Shown here: positions 1 to 9,518 of the stretch, piece after piece
Numbering within the stretch: the stretch's first letter is position 1
Layout: each line of letters starts with the position of its first letter
Assembly: GCA_038060895.1 (NCBI GenBank)
Contig: JBBTCT010000022.1
Span: 409,077 to 462,055, forward strand
Reading direction: 5' to 3'
Origin: Planctomycetota bacterium
GTDB taxonomy: Bacteria > Planctomycetota > MHYJ01 > WSZJ01
DNA: 52,979 bases
Notes under the pieces: model-generated
The model's input: the letters and a program-made list of their open reading frames with translations, nothing else
The model's database searches: none
Told to the model about the DNA's origin: nothing
Translations under genes and position numbers: made by a program

Positions 1-99
1 CAACCCCCCCAGCCCCCCCAATCCCCATCCCGCCGTCACCCCATCCCCTGCCGTTTTCCTCCCCTTGGTTTCCCCGCTCCCCCGCGTTAATCTCCCCGC

Positions 100-2103
100 A
101 TGCGAATCCTCCCCGCGTTCCTTCTCCTCGCCGCCCTCGTTTCCACCGCGCGCGCCGACGAGAAAGTCAAAGCCCTCTTCCGCAAGTGCGCTCCCGCCAC
201 GGTGTACATCGAGTGCAAACCGGACAAGGACGGCCTCGTCCACCTGGGCTCCGGTTCGATCATCGACGCCGACGGCATCATCCTCTCGAACCGCCACGTG
301 GTCGCCTCGTGCCTCGACGGCGACCGCGAGGTCGCGATTTACCTCTTCGACGGGCGCCGCTTCAATGCGGCGGTCGTGCAGGTCTCCGAAGAGCTGGACC
401 TTGCGCTTCTGCGCCTCAAGGACTCGCCCGGGGAACTTCCGGTCCTGGAATGGGGAGACTCTGAGACGCTGGAAGTCGGCGAGGACGTGATCGCGATCGG
501 GAATCCGGACGGTCTCAAGTGGACGCTGTCGACGGGGATCGTGTCGGGGAAGCGCGACAACATGATCCAGACGACGGCGCCGCTCAACCCCGGGAATTCG
601 GGCGGGCCGCTGATTTCGCCGGAAGGGAAGCTCATCGGCGTCAACACGCTCTCCGCGTACAAGGACCGGAACAACATCGCGTTCGCGCGGACCTCGAACG
701 TCTCGCGCGAGTGGGTGCAGACGCAGCTCGCGGCCGGCGAGGTCGTGACGCCCCGGTTCGAGGACGCCGCGAACGGATTTTCGGTGACGCCGCCGCAGGG
801 CTGGGCGCGGCTGGACGACCGGATCGCATCACAGGCCGTCGCCTGGACCGGCAAGGGCGCCGACTTCCGCGTCTACCTGGTGCCCGGGGCGCCGCGCGAG
901 ATCCACGACCACGCGAAGGAGCAGGAGACCGTTCTCAAGGGGCTGAAGAACTTCGAGCGCCGCAAGCTCGACTTCCTCGAGTTCCGGGGGCAGACCGCGG
1001 CGTACTCGATGACGTACGCGTTCTCCATGGACGGAAAGGACTTCATTTCCTACCAGGTCACCGTCAACGACACGGAAGCGACCTGGACGCTGCGCTTCAC
1101 GTGCCCCGCCGCCGACCATGCGAAGCTTCAGCCCGAATTCGACGCGGCGATCCAGAGCGCGCGCTGGTCCGCGGCGACCGCGGGGCGCGAGACGCCGGAG
1201 AAGGCGATCGAAGCGTGGGTGAAGGCGATCTCGGCGGGAAATCTCGAGGCGTTCCTCTCGTGTCTCGACGTGCCGGCCTGGCTCGACGACGCGACGAAGG
1301 GGGAGTACGGAAAGGCCTCGGAGGCGGACCGGAAGGCGATGGAAGCGCGGTATCGCGAAGTGATGAAAGGCGTGATGGAGAAGGGAGACCTCGCGAAGCA
1401 GGTGGAGCAGGGCGTTCGCATTCTCTCGGCGCGCGTGGACGGCACCGGGGCGACGGTCGGGCTGGTTTCGGTGTCGACGACGGGAATTACCGTCGTGGAG
1501 GACTTCTCCCTCGTCAATTCCGCCACGGGCTGGCTCGTCACCGGCGTCGGCCCCGCGAGGGCGTACGAGGACGCGCCGGATGCGGCCGAGGACGGCGGCA
1601 AGTCGGAAGTGAAGCGGAAGAAATTCCGCGACGAGGCGAAGTCGTTCAGCGTGCAGCTCCCGGCTTCGTGGTCGAAGTCTTCGCAGAAGGCGAGCGAGGT
1701 GGTCGGGTACCACATGTTCAGCGAAACCGGCGCCGCGGATTCCGTCGCGAAGGTCGCCGTCAGCGTCATGGACGTGCGGAAGGACATCGCGCAGGACGAG
1801 CTGTCCGAGGACGACCTGGACATGCTCGCCGAGAAGTTCATGGAAGGCTTCAAGGGGAGCTTCAAGGCGAAATTCGTCGTGCGAGGCAAGGACCAGGCCG
1901 AAGTCGGCGGCCTCCCGGCTGTCCACTTCAAGGTCGCCGCGCAGGTAGACGCATTCAGTCCCCAGATTGAAGCGCAGGTCTGGTTCTGCTTCCGGAACGG
2001 CTGGGCCTACGGCGTGATGTCCGTCACGGCAAAGGGTGAGACGCCGAACCCGGAGTTCGAGCGGATCGTGGGGTCGTTCAAGGCGACCGGGAAGCGGAAG
2101 TAG
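100..2103 (+). CDS. Secreted trypsin-like (S1/HtrA-type) serine protease with C-terminal PsbP-like and NTF2-like domains, no PDZ
   Basis: Signal peptide (MRILPAFLLLAALVSTARA); catalytic triad motifs SNRHVV, DLALL and NPGNSGGPL; AIGNP motif; two 'F.D....FSV.(P)P.GW/SW' PsbP-like repeats. Confidence 0.85.
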   Translation: MRILPAFLLLAALVSTARADEKVKALFRKCAPATVYIECKPDKDGLVHLGSGSIIDADGIILSNRHVVASCLDGDREVAIYLFDGRRFNAAVVQVSEELDLALLRLKDSPGELPVLEWGDSETLEVGEDVIAIGNPDGLKWTLSTGIVSGKRDNMIQTTAPLNPGNSGGPLISPEGKLIGVNTLSAYKDRNNIAFARTSNVSREWVQTQLAAGEVVTPRFEDAANGFSVTPPQGWARLDDRIASQAVAWTGKGADFRVYLVPGAPREIHDHAKEQETVLKGLKNFERRKLDFLEFRGQTAAYSMTYAFSMDGKDFISYQVTVNDTEATWTLRFTCPAADHAKLQPEFDAAIQSARWSAATAGRETPEKAIEAWVKAISAGNLEAFLSCLDVPAWLDDATKGEYGKASEADRKAMEARYREVMKGVMEKGDLAKQVEQGVRILSARVDGTGATVGLVSVSTTGITVVEDFSLVNSATGWLVTGVGPARAYEDAPDAAEDGGKSEVKRKKFRDEAKSFSVQLPASWSKSSQKASEVVGYHMFSETGAADSVAKVAVSVMDVRKDIAQDELSEDDLDMLAEKFMEGFKGSFKAKFVVRGKDQAEVGGLPAVHFKVAAQVDAFSPQIEAQVWFCFRNGWAYGVMSVTAKGETPNPEFERIVGSFKATGKRK

Positions 2104-2162
2104 CTGCGCGCAAAGACCGGGGCCGGGGCTTACCTTAGTTCCCATCTCCCGAGGGTCCTTCC

Positions 2163-3140
2163 ATGACCGCGCCCCGTTCCGGCCTTTCGCCTCTCGTCAC
2201 GGTCGTCGCTTCGATTGTGGCCCTCGCCGCCGGCGGCATGGGCGGCGCCATGTTTGAGCGCGGACGCCACAGTTCCGAAAAAGTCGATTCACCGGAACTG
2301 GCCGGGTCCCCCGCCGCTTCCGCGAGTCAAGCCGGGGAGTCGAGTCCCGCAGCAGGGACTTCCTCCGGCACGGGGACCGCGAACACCGGCGACGCGTCCC
2401 GGAAACTCGCCGATGCCCAGGCCGAAGTCGCGCGGCTGACGCAGCGCGTCGCGGAGCTGGAGAAGCTGGTGCCGAGGGCGAGGACCAGGGAGGACAAGAT
2501 TGCACTCGCGAAGGAAATGCTGGACTGCATGAGGAAGGGGAAGAAGGACGCCGAGGCGTTCCGGAGGATGCTTCAGCTGTTGAGCGATCTTGACCCGGAG
2601 ATGGGGCCGTACTTTCTCGAGCGGCTGGCGGACCCGGAGGAGAAGGCGGACAAGGACATGGTGATCGAGTTCGTGATGGCGTCGGGCGGGCCGGAAGTAG
2701 CGGAGTGGCTGCATGCGCAGCTCGCGAGCCCGGAGACTGGAGAGGATATGAGGCGGCGGCTGCTTCGCATTCTCGGGGGCGGGTCAAAGGAGATTTTCTC
2801 GATACGGAATCTCCCCGTGAAAGGGCCGCTCGCGGACCTGGCGTTTCGGTACGCCTCGGGGGAGAACCAGAACGAGCGACAGGCGGCCGCCGGGCTGTTT
2901 GGCGGGATCGAGACAGTGGAGTCACGCACGGCGCTGTACCGGATGGCCGGGTCCGACACGGACTTCAAAGTGAAGGAGCAGGCGGTGAGGTCGCTGGCTT
3001 TCGTTGGCGACAGGGAATCGCTCACCTGGCTGGATACGTTCCAGGCGTCGATTTCCGGGCTGGGCGAGTGGGAAAAGAAGCGGATGCAGGACGCCGTGGA
3101 CTCCACGCGGGAAAAACTCCTGAACAAGTTCCCGCAGTAG
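2163..3140 (+). CDS. Membrane-anchored hypothetical protein with coiled coil and HEAT-like helical repeats
   Basis: N-terminal hydrophobic helix, Ser/Ala/Gly linker, coiled coil (KLADAQAEVARLTQRVAELEK), HEAT-like segment (VKEQAVRSLAFVGD). Confidence 0.7.
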   Translation: MTAPRSGLSPLVTVVASIVALAAGGMGGAMFERGRHSSEKVDSPELAGSPAASASQAGESSPAAGTSSGTGTANTGDASRKLADAQAEVARLTQRVAELEKLVPRARTREDKIALAKEMLDCMRKGKKDAEAFRRMLQLLSDLDPEMGPYFLERLADPEEKADKDMVIEFVMASGGPEVAEWLHAQLASPETGEDMRRRLLRILGGGSKEIFSIRNLPVKGPLADLAFRYASGENQNERQAAAGLFGGIETVESRTALYRMAGSDTDFKVKEQAVRSLAFVGDRESLTWLDTFQASISGLGEWEKKRMQDAVDSTREKLLNKFPQ

Positions 3141-3264
3141 CCACCGAGCGCGAAGAGAATCCGCGCGAATCGGGCTGCGTCGGCCGGGACAGGGCCTGGA
3201 CAATCGCGGACCTGATATGGGCCGACTTCGCCCGACCCGCACGGTTTCTCTTCGCGTTCGGCGG
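3141..3264. repeat. Imperfect 45-bp inverted repeat (long hairpin) directly after a stop codon
   Basis: 3141-3185 ccaccgagcgcgaagagaatccgcgcgaatcgggctgcgtcggcc pairs with 3220-3264 ggccgacttcgcccgacccgcacggtttctcttcgcgttcggcgg. Confidence 0.8.
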
Positions 3265-3287
3265 CCAGGAACTCAAAAACGATCGTT

Positions 3288-3509
3288 TCAAAAGCCATTG
3301 AAACCCCCACCTTCTTCCGGACGGGCGCGGCGACATCGCCAGCGCCAGGGGTTCTCCCATTCGCGGGCGCGTTCGTTGAGGAAGCGGGCCTCGCGGCGGG
3401 CCTCGGCGAGCGTCGGGAAAAACCGGGTGGGCGTTTCGCGCGGGCCGGCGTTGCCTGCGGGCGGCGGGTCCAGGCGGAGGAGGGCGTAGTGGGGCCGGGG
3501 GCGGGACAT
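3288..3509 (-). CDS. Small hypothetical protein (73 aa)
   Basis: ATG at 3509 preceded by aagga; MSRPRPHYALLRLD...FFPTLAEARREARFLNE; no recognisable family. Confidence 0.4.
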   Translation of the reverse strand: MSRPRPHYALLRLDPPPAGNAGPRETPTRFFPTLAEARREARFLNERAREWENPWRWRCRRARPEEGGGFNGF

Positions 3510-3708
3510 GGGGGGAGTCCTTGAGTTGAGGGGGGAGGCGGGGGGGAAGACGACGCGACGGGCTAGAGAACGACGGTCGCGACTCGAACCGCGCGGAAAG
3601 GCGCGGCGAGGAGGAGGGTAATTCGAAGGCGGGGTGAGGGCATGGCACCCCCTTGATCGTCCGGGCGGGATTGCGGTTCGAACATCCGTGGGTGGTTTCG
3701 GGTTCGGA

Positions 3709-3890
3709 GTTCCGGAAGTTGAGTTCCGGGTTCCGTGTTCCGGGTTCCGTGTGGGGTTCGGGGTTCGGGGTTTCGGGTTTTGCGAAGTTAACGGAGTTGC
3801 GCTTCCGGCGGTAACCCTCAACAGGAAACCCGCAACTCTGAACCCCACCCGGAACCCGGAACACGGAACCCGGAACTCAACTTCCGGAAC
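3709..3890. repeat. 51-bp near-perfect inverted repeat built from heptamer units (GGGTTCC/GGAACCC-like)
   Basis: Arms 3709-3759 and 3840-3890 are reverse complements with one mismatch; degenerate pairing extends on both sides. Confidence 0.9.
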
Positions 3891-3971
3891 CCGCAACCAT
3901 CAACCCCCCCCGCTTCGTTGACACTCCCCGCCCTGCCCCTTAGCCTGCCCTCCCCTCAGCGGGAGAGGGCG

Positions 3972-4310
3972 ATGGGCGAGCGTCCGAAGACCTGGAAAGA
4001 GTGGTTCGCCCACGCGTTCGCGCTGGACGGCGGGGCGGAGCCCCTCGAGGAAAAGGACGTGGCGCTTCTCGAGAAGCTCGCGAAGGGCGTGGTCTCGCGG
4101 CGGATGACGGCGCCGGCGATCCTTTTTCTGGAAAGCGTCAAGCCGCTGTCGTTCGTAGGCGGGCAGGCGCTGGTCTTTTTCGCCCCCGTGCTCGAGGTCG
4201 TCCTCAAGCGGGAAGAAGTCGAGCGCGGCGCGAAGCTGCTGGAGCGGCGGGACGTGCTGGAAGGCCTGGCCCTGAAGATCGAATCCCTGGAGGCGGAGCG
4301 GCGTGGCTGA
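3972..4310 (+). CDS. Small hypothetical protein, first gene of the GlmL-like operon
   Basis: ATG after ggagagg; overlaps the next start; motif MTAPAILFLESVKPLSFVGGQALVFFAP. Confidence 0.75.
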   Translation: MGERPKTWKEWFAHAFALDGGAEPLEEKDVALLEKLAKGVVSRRMTAPAILFLESVKPLSFVGGQALVFFAPVLEVVLKREEVERGAKLLERRDVLEGLALKIESLEAERRG

Positions 4311-6102
4311 CAGGCCGGTCAACGTGGTGATCGCGACCGATTGCGGGTCGACGACGACGAAGGCGATCCTCATCGAGAAGGTGGGGGACGTCTACCGGCA
4401 GACGTTCCGCGGCGAAGCGCCGACGACGGTGGAAGCGCCGTTCGAGGACGTGACGAAGGGGGTGCTGAACAGCATCCAGGAAATCGAGGAGCTCTCCGGC
4501 CGGAAGATTCTCGACGGCGAAAAGATCATCACGCCCGCGAACGGAAACGTCGGCGTGGACATCTACGTGAGCACGAGCTCGGCCGGCGGCGGGCTGCAGA
4601 TGATGGTGGCGGGCGCGGTGGCGGCGATGACCGGGGAGAGCGCGCAGCGCTGCGCCCTCGGCGGCGGGGCAATCGTCATGGACGTGCTCGCTTCGAACGA
4701 CGGCCGCGCGGGATTCGAGAAGATCGAGCGCATCCGGCAGCTGCGGCCGGACATGATGCTGCTCAGCGGCGGAACCGACGGCGGGACCATCTCGCACGTC
4801 GTCGAGATGGCCGAGTACATCAGCGCCGCGGACCCGAAGCCGCGCCTCGGCATCGGCTACAAGCTCCCGATCATCTTCGCGGGGAACAAGGATGCCGCGA
4901 AGCGCGTGCAGGAAATCCTGGGCGAGAAGATGTCGCTCGAGGTCACCGACAACATCCGCCCGACGCTCGAGCGCGAAAACCTGATGCCCGCGCGGCACCG
5001 GATCCACGACCTCTTCCTGCATCACGTCATGCAGCAGGCGCCGGGCTACAAGAAGCTGATCGCGATGTGCGGCGCGCCGATCATCCCGACGCCCGCCGCG
5101 GTCGGCGACATCATCGAGCGCGTCGCGAAGAAGGAGCAGATCAACGTCCTGGGCGTGGACATCGGCGGCGCGACGACGGACGTGTTCAGCGTCTTCCAGA
5201 AAGTCTTCAACCGCACGGTCAGCGCCAATCTCGGCATGTCCTACTCGATCTCCAACGTCCTCGCCGAAGCGGGGCTCGACAACATCATGCGCTGGGTGCC
5301 CTTCGACATTGACGAGCAGGACCTGCGCAACCGCATCAAGAACAAGATGATCCGCCCGACGACGATCCCTTTCACGGTCGACGAGCTGATGATCGAGCAG
5401 GCGATCGCGCGGGAAGCCCTCCGGCTCGCGCTGACCCAGCACAAGATGCTCGCGGTAGGACTGAAGGGCGTGCAGCAGGAACGCTCCATTTCCGACGCCT
5501 TCTCCCAGACCGCCAGTGGCCAGTCGCTCATCAACATGATGGACCTGCACCTCGTGATCGGCTCCGGCGGCATCCTGTCGCACGCGCCGCGCCGGGTGCA
5601 GTCGATGGTGATGATGACGGACTCGTACCAGCTCGAGGGGATCACGCGCCTCGCGGTCGATTCGATCTTCATGATGCCGCATCTCGGCGTGCTCGCGACC
5701 GTGAACGAAAAGGCCGCGACCGACGCGTTCGAGCACGACTGCATGGTGTACCTCGGCACGTGTATTTCGCCGGTGGGCGTGGCGAAGGACGGCGAGAAGT
5801 GCGTCGATCTGAAGATTTCGGGCGACCTGACGGTGAATGAATCGATCCCATACGGCGAGCTGAAGCTCTACAAGCTCGACGTGGGAAAGACGGCGAAACT
5901 CGAAGCGACGCCGGCGCGTGGATTCGACGTCGGAGCGGGCAAGGGGAAGCCGCTCACGACGACGATCCACGGCGGCGTCGGCGGGGTGCTGGTGGACACG
6001 CGCGGGAGGCCGCTGGTGCTCCCGACGGACAAGAAGCAGCGCGTCGCGGTGCTCACGAAGTGGGCGAAGGCGCTCGACCTGTATCCGGAGCTGAAGCGGT
6101 AA
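4303..6102 (+). CDS. GlmL/MutL (glutamate mutase reactivating factor-like) ASKHA-fold ATPase
   Basis: Phosphate-1 motif TDCGSTTTK, SSAGGGL, LSGGTDGG, PTPAAV, phosphate-2 motif VDIGGATTDVFS, RTVSANLGM and IGSGGILSH. Confidence 0.85.
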   Translation: MADRPVNVVIATDCGSTTTKAILIEKVGDVYRQTFRGEAPTTVEAPFEDVTKGVLNSIQEIEELSGRKILDGEKIITPANGNVGVDIYVSTSSAGGGLQMMVAGAVAAMTGESAQRCALGGGAIVMDVLASNDGRAGFEKIERIRQLRPDMMLLSGGTDGGTISHVVEMAEYISAADPKPRLGIGYKLPIIFAGNKDAAKRVQEILGEKMSLEVTDNIRPTLERENLMPARHRIHDLFLHHVMQQAPGYKKLIAMCGAPIIPTPAAVGDIIERVAKKEQINVLGVDIGGATTDVFSVFQKVFNRTVSANLGMSYSISNVLAEAGLDNIMRWVPFDIDEQDLRNRIKNKMIRPTTIPFTVDELMIEQAIAREALRLALTQHKMLAVGLKGVQQERSISDAFSQTASGQSLINMMDLHLVIGSGGILSHAPRRVQSMVMMTDSYQLEGITRLAVDSIFMMPHLGVLATVNEKAATDAFEHDCMVYLGTCISPVGVAKDGEKCVDLKISGDLTVNESIPYGELKLYKLDVGKTAKLEATPARGFDVGAGKGKPLTTTIHGGVGGVLVDTRGRPLVLPTDKKQRVAVLTKWAKALDLYPELKR

Positions 6103-7223
6103 TGGCACACGCGTACACACCCGGCCTGCGAGTCACGGAATCCGCGGTCATCCGCAAGCGCCGGATCCTGCCCATCCAGGGAACGGTGATGGTCAGGGTC
6201 GGCCAGAAAGTTACCGCCAGCGACGTCGTCGCACGCGCCGAAATCCCCGGCAAGGTCCACACCGTCAACATCGTCAACAAGCTCTCCATCGAAGCGAGCG
6301 AGACGAAGCGCTTCATGAAGAAGAAGGAAACCGAAGTCGTGAAGAAGGACGAGGTCATCGCGGAGAACAGCCCGATGATCAAGTGGTTCAAGACGTCGGT
6401 GACGTCGCCGATTGACGGGACAATCGAGAGCATTTCGGACGTGACAGGGCAGGTACTGCTGCGCGAGCCTCCGCGGCCGCTGAATCTGCTGGCTTACATC
6501 GAAGGAACGATCGTCGAGGTGATCGAACGGGAAGGAGTCGTGATCGAGTGCCCCGCGGCGTTCACGCAGGGCATCTTCGGTATCGGCGGCGAGACGTCGG
6601 GGATCATCGAGCCGGTCGCGAAGTCGCCCGACGCGGACCTGACGCCGGCTGAGATCACTTCCGCGCACGCCGGCAAGATCCTCATCGGCGGCCGGCACGC
6701 GAGCATGGCGGTCATCCGCCGCGCAATCGAGGTCAAGGCCGCCGCGATCGTGATCGGCGGCATCCACGACAAGGACCTGCGCGAAATCCTCGGCAAGGAC
6801 CTGGGCGTCGCCATCACCGGCACCGAGAACGTCGGTTTGACTTTGATCATCACCGAAGGCTTCGGTAGCATCCCGATGGCCCGCAAGACGTTCGACCTTC
6901 TCGTGGGGAAGAAGGGCAGGAAAGCCTCCTGCAGCGGCGCCACGCAGATCCGCGCCGGCGTCATCCGTCCTGAAATCGTCATCCCGGCGGACCACGCCGG
7001 AGGCCCGGGGGGGCCAGAGGGAGAACGGACAGGCATGAAGCCCGGCGACCCCGTCCGCATCATCCGCGAGCCCATGTTCGGGCGGCTCGGCGCCATCAAG
7101 TCGCTTCCGCCGGACCTGACGGCGATCCCGACGGAGTCGCACGTGCGCGTGCTTGTCGTGTCGTTCCCGGACGGGAGCGAGGCGACCATTCCGCGCGCGA
7201 ACGTGGAGACGATCGAAAGCTGA
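6102..7223 (+). CDS. Conserved hypothetical protein with barrel-sandwich hybrid motifs (RnfC/NqrA N-terminal-like) and a C-terminal KOW-like motif
   Basis: TAATG overlap with the ATPase gene; GTVMVRVGQKVTASDVVA and SPIDGTIESIS hybrid motifs; GDPVRIIREPMFGRLG KOW-like end; no Fe-S cysteine cluster. Confidence 0.75.
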   Translation: MAHAYTPGLRVTESAVIRKRRILPIQGTVMVRVGQKVTASDVVARAEIPGKVHTVNIVNKLSIEASETKRFMKKKETEVVKKDEVIAENSPMIKWFKTSVTSPIDGTIESISDVTGQVLLREPPRPLNLLAYIEGTIVEVIEREGVVIECPAAFTQGIFGIGGETSGIIEPVAKSPDADLTPAEITSAHAGKILIGGRHASMAVIRRAIEVKAAAIVIGGIHDKDLREILGKDLGVAITGTENVGLTLIITEGFGSIPMARKTFDLLVGKKGRKASCSGATQIRAGVIRPEIVIPADHAGGPGGPEGERTGMKPGDPVRIIREPMFGRLGAIKSLPPDLTAIPTESHVRVLVVSFPDGSEATIPRANVETIES

Positions 7224-8500
7224 TGAAGCGCCTCCTCTGCGTCTCGCTCTTCCTCGCCTCCGCGGCCGTTGCCCAGGAGCAGCCGCCCGCAGGCAAGCTG
7301 GATCCGCCGAAGGACCTGAGCATTGAAGACGCGGGCGAGGACAACGGCGCCGCGATCAACGTCACCTGGAAGCGCATGCCGTACGACGACAAGGCGACCT
7401 ATACGGTCATGGTCTCGCTTCGCAAGGAAGGCCCCTGGTTCAAGGCCGCCGAGGAGCCCGGCATCGGCATGCTCAAGTCCGATCTGCCCCTTCCGTGGTG
7501 GGCGTCGAGCAAGGACGCCGACACGCGGCTGCTCCAGGTGACGAGCCGCGAGTCCATCTCAGGGCCCCGGCCTCTTCTACCTGAAGAGAACGCCGCGACG
7601 AAGAAGCGCCGCCCGACGCCGGAGTACTGGTGGAAGGTGAAGGTCGAGGCCGAAGGGAAGACCTGGGAATCCGAGGTGATGCAGGTAACGCCCGTGGGAA
7701 ACGCGTTCTTCTGGTCGAAGCTGACGACGTTCTTCTACATGTGCTCCTTCACCGGGATCCTCGTCGTTTTCATCCGGATTGCGCGCACGAGGACGCTCTG
7801 GATCCGCCGCATTCCCGGGCTGGACGCCGTGGACGAGGCCGTGGGCCGCGCGACCGAGATGGGCAAACCCGTGTATTACATGACCGGCCGCGACCCGATC
7901 ACGACCGTGAGCACGGTCGCCGCGACGCTGATTCTCGGCGAGATTGCGAAGAAGGTGGCGGCGTACGACACGCAGCTCAAGGTTCCGCACACCGACGCGA
8001 TCGTCATGGCCGTTTGCCAGGAAATCACCCGCGAAGCCTACATCACCGCGGGCCGCCCGGACGCCTACCGCGCCGATTCGAACTTCTTCGTCACCGACGA
8101 CCAGTTCGGTTACACGGCTGCCGTCGACGGCATGATGGTGCGCGAGAAGCCGGCCGCCGTGTTCATGATGGGCTACTACTACGCTGAGTCGCTCCTCCTC
8201 GCCGAGACCGGCGCTTCGACCGGCGCCATCCAGATCGCCGGCACGGATGCGGACGCGCAGCTCCCGTTCTTCTTCACGGCCTGCGACTACACGCTGATCG
8301 GCGAAGAGCTCTACGCTGCGGGCGCCTACCTCTCCAAGGAGCCCGTGCTTGTCGGGACCCTCCGCGGTCAGGACATCGGCAAGGCCATCCTGCTCTTCAC
8401 TATCCTCGGCGGCGCCCTCCTGGCCACTTTCGGCCAGTGGGGCGGCCTCGGCTTCTCGCACTTCGTAAACGGCTGCCTCGAGCTGTTCAAGGGCTACTAA
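7223..8500 (+). CDS. Membrane module subunit A1: signal peptide, Fn3-like extracytoplasmic domain, TM helix, DUF6754-like domain
   Basis: IRRIPGLDAVDEAVGRATEMGKP...IQIAGTD..QLPFF..ACDYTLIGEELYAA; paralog at 11842. Confidence 0.8.
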   Translation: MKRLLCVSLFLASAAVAQEQPPAGKLDPPKDLSIEDAGEDNGAAINVTWKRMPYDDKATYTVMVSLRKEGPWFKAAEEPGIGMLKSDLPLPWWASSKDADTRLLQVTSRESISGPRPLLPEENAATKKRRPTPEYWWKVKVEAEGKTWESEVMQVTPVGNAFFWSKLTTFFYMCSFTGILVVFIRIARTRTLWIRRIPGLDAVDEAVGRATEMGKPVYYMTGRDPITTVSTVAATLILGEIAKKVAAYDTQLKVPHTDAIVMAVCQEITREAYITAGRPDAYRADSNFFVTDDQFGYTAAVDGMMVREKPAAVFMMGYYYAESLLLAETGASTGAIQIAGTDADAQLPFFFTACDYTLIGEELYAAGAYLSKEPVLVGTLRGQDIGKAILLFTILGGALLATFGQWGGLGFSHFVNGCLELFKGY

Positions 8501-9517
8501 ATGATCTTCCTCAAGCGCCAATTTCCTCTCGCCATCTGCTTCGTGGTCGGCATCGCGATGGCGCTGCAGTACTACGTCCCGAGCACTTGGAGCCAGAAGC
8601 TTGGAAGCCAGATGTCCGACTGGTACATCGTCATCTCGATCTTCGCGGCGTTCTTGGGCTTTGGAAGCGTCGCGCACCTGCACTACCGGAAGGTCTCACT
8701 GAAGGCGCACGGCTGGGGCTACAGCGCGCTGGTGTTCGTCGGCCTCGTCCTGATGCTGATCGTGGGGTTCGCGTCGGGCGGAAAGCAGAGCACGGAACGC
8801 CTGCCGGACGAGCAGGGCGAGAACGGCACGCCAGAAGTCACGAAGGGGCCGGACGGGAAGCCGACGAAGCAGATCGAGCGAGTATTCCGGCCGATCCCTG
8901 ACCAGGAAGAGGAAACGGACGAGATGGAGCTGGCGATAACGACGCCGCCGGTGCCGCTTCCGCCGGAGAAGGACCCAAAGAAATTCAAGGTGCTCGAGGT
9001 CGAGATCGACTACGCCGCCGATGGGAAGGTCACGAAGGCCGTTGAGCGCAAGTACGACCGCAAGGGCAACGTGCTCGCGACGCGCGAGCGAGAGATCGAC
9101 AAGGACGGGGCGCTCGTTCCCTACGAGGGCACCCCGACCTCCTTCGAGTGGGTCTTCCGCAATGTGCTCTTCCCCCTCCAGAGCACCATGTTCGCGCTGC
9201 TGGGGTTCTACATCGCGTCTGCCGCGTTCCGGTCGTTCCGGGCAAAGTCGTTCGAGGCCGGGCTCCTGCTGGTGACCGCGCTGATCGTCCTCATCGGCAA
9301 CGTGCCCTTCACCAATCACCTCTGGGCCGAGGGGCTCGGCATTCATCACGCGCACGGCATCCGCATGGAGATGCCGGACATCGTGGCCTGGCTGATGGGG
9401 ACCCCCAACACGGCCGCCCGGCGCGGAGTCGGATTCGGCGTTGCGCTCGGGATCATCGCGACTTCGCTCAAGATCATCTTCGGAATCGAGCGCGGTTACC
9501 TAGGGGGAGGGGACTAG
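8501..9517 (+). CDS. Membrane module subunit B1: multi-pass membrane protein with a charged loop insertion
   Basis: TMFALLGFYIASAAFRSFRAKS and IIFGIERGYLGG shared with the paralog at 13056. Confidence 0.8.
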   Translation: MIFLKRQFPLAICFVVGIAMALQYYVPSTWSQKLGSQMSDWYIVISIFAAFLGFGSVAHLHYRKVSLKAHGWGYSALVFVGLVLMLIVGFASGGKQSTERLPDEQGENGTPEVTKGPDGKPTKQIERVFRPIPDQEEETDEMELAITTPPVPLPPEKDPKKFKVLEVEIDYAADGKVTKAVERKYDRKGNVLATREREIDKDGALVPYEGTPTSFEWVFRNVLFPLQSTMFALLGFYIASAAFRSFRAKSFEAGLLLVTALIVLIGNVPFTNHLWAEGLGIHHAHGIRMEMPDIVAWLMGTPNTAARRGVGFGVALGIIATSLKIIFGIERGYLGGGD

Positions 9518-9518
9518 G

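Noticed and set aside
3642-3657. sigma54-like TGGCAC-cccc-TTGA upstream of the operon
   Set aside because: The spacer is one base short and the -12 GC is missing.
3690-3900. Possible CRISPR array or coding repeat (ORFs 3022..3864, 3288..3896, 3634..3921)
   Set aside because: No repeat-spacer periodicity and no cas genes; the pattern is an inverted repeat of heptamers and the ORFs simply read through it.
4303-6102. Calling this a glutamate mutase operon or the DNA-repair MutL
   Set aside because: No mutase subunits in the window, and the motifs are ASKHA-type rather than GHKL-type.
4204-6120. Long antisense or alternate-frame ORFs (e.g. 519..1970, 4204..6120, 22654..24672, 24336..26462, 51346..52971)
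   Set aside because: Shadow ORFs typical of high-GC DNA; they overlap well-supported genes and have Arg/Pro/Gly-rich, motif-free translations.
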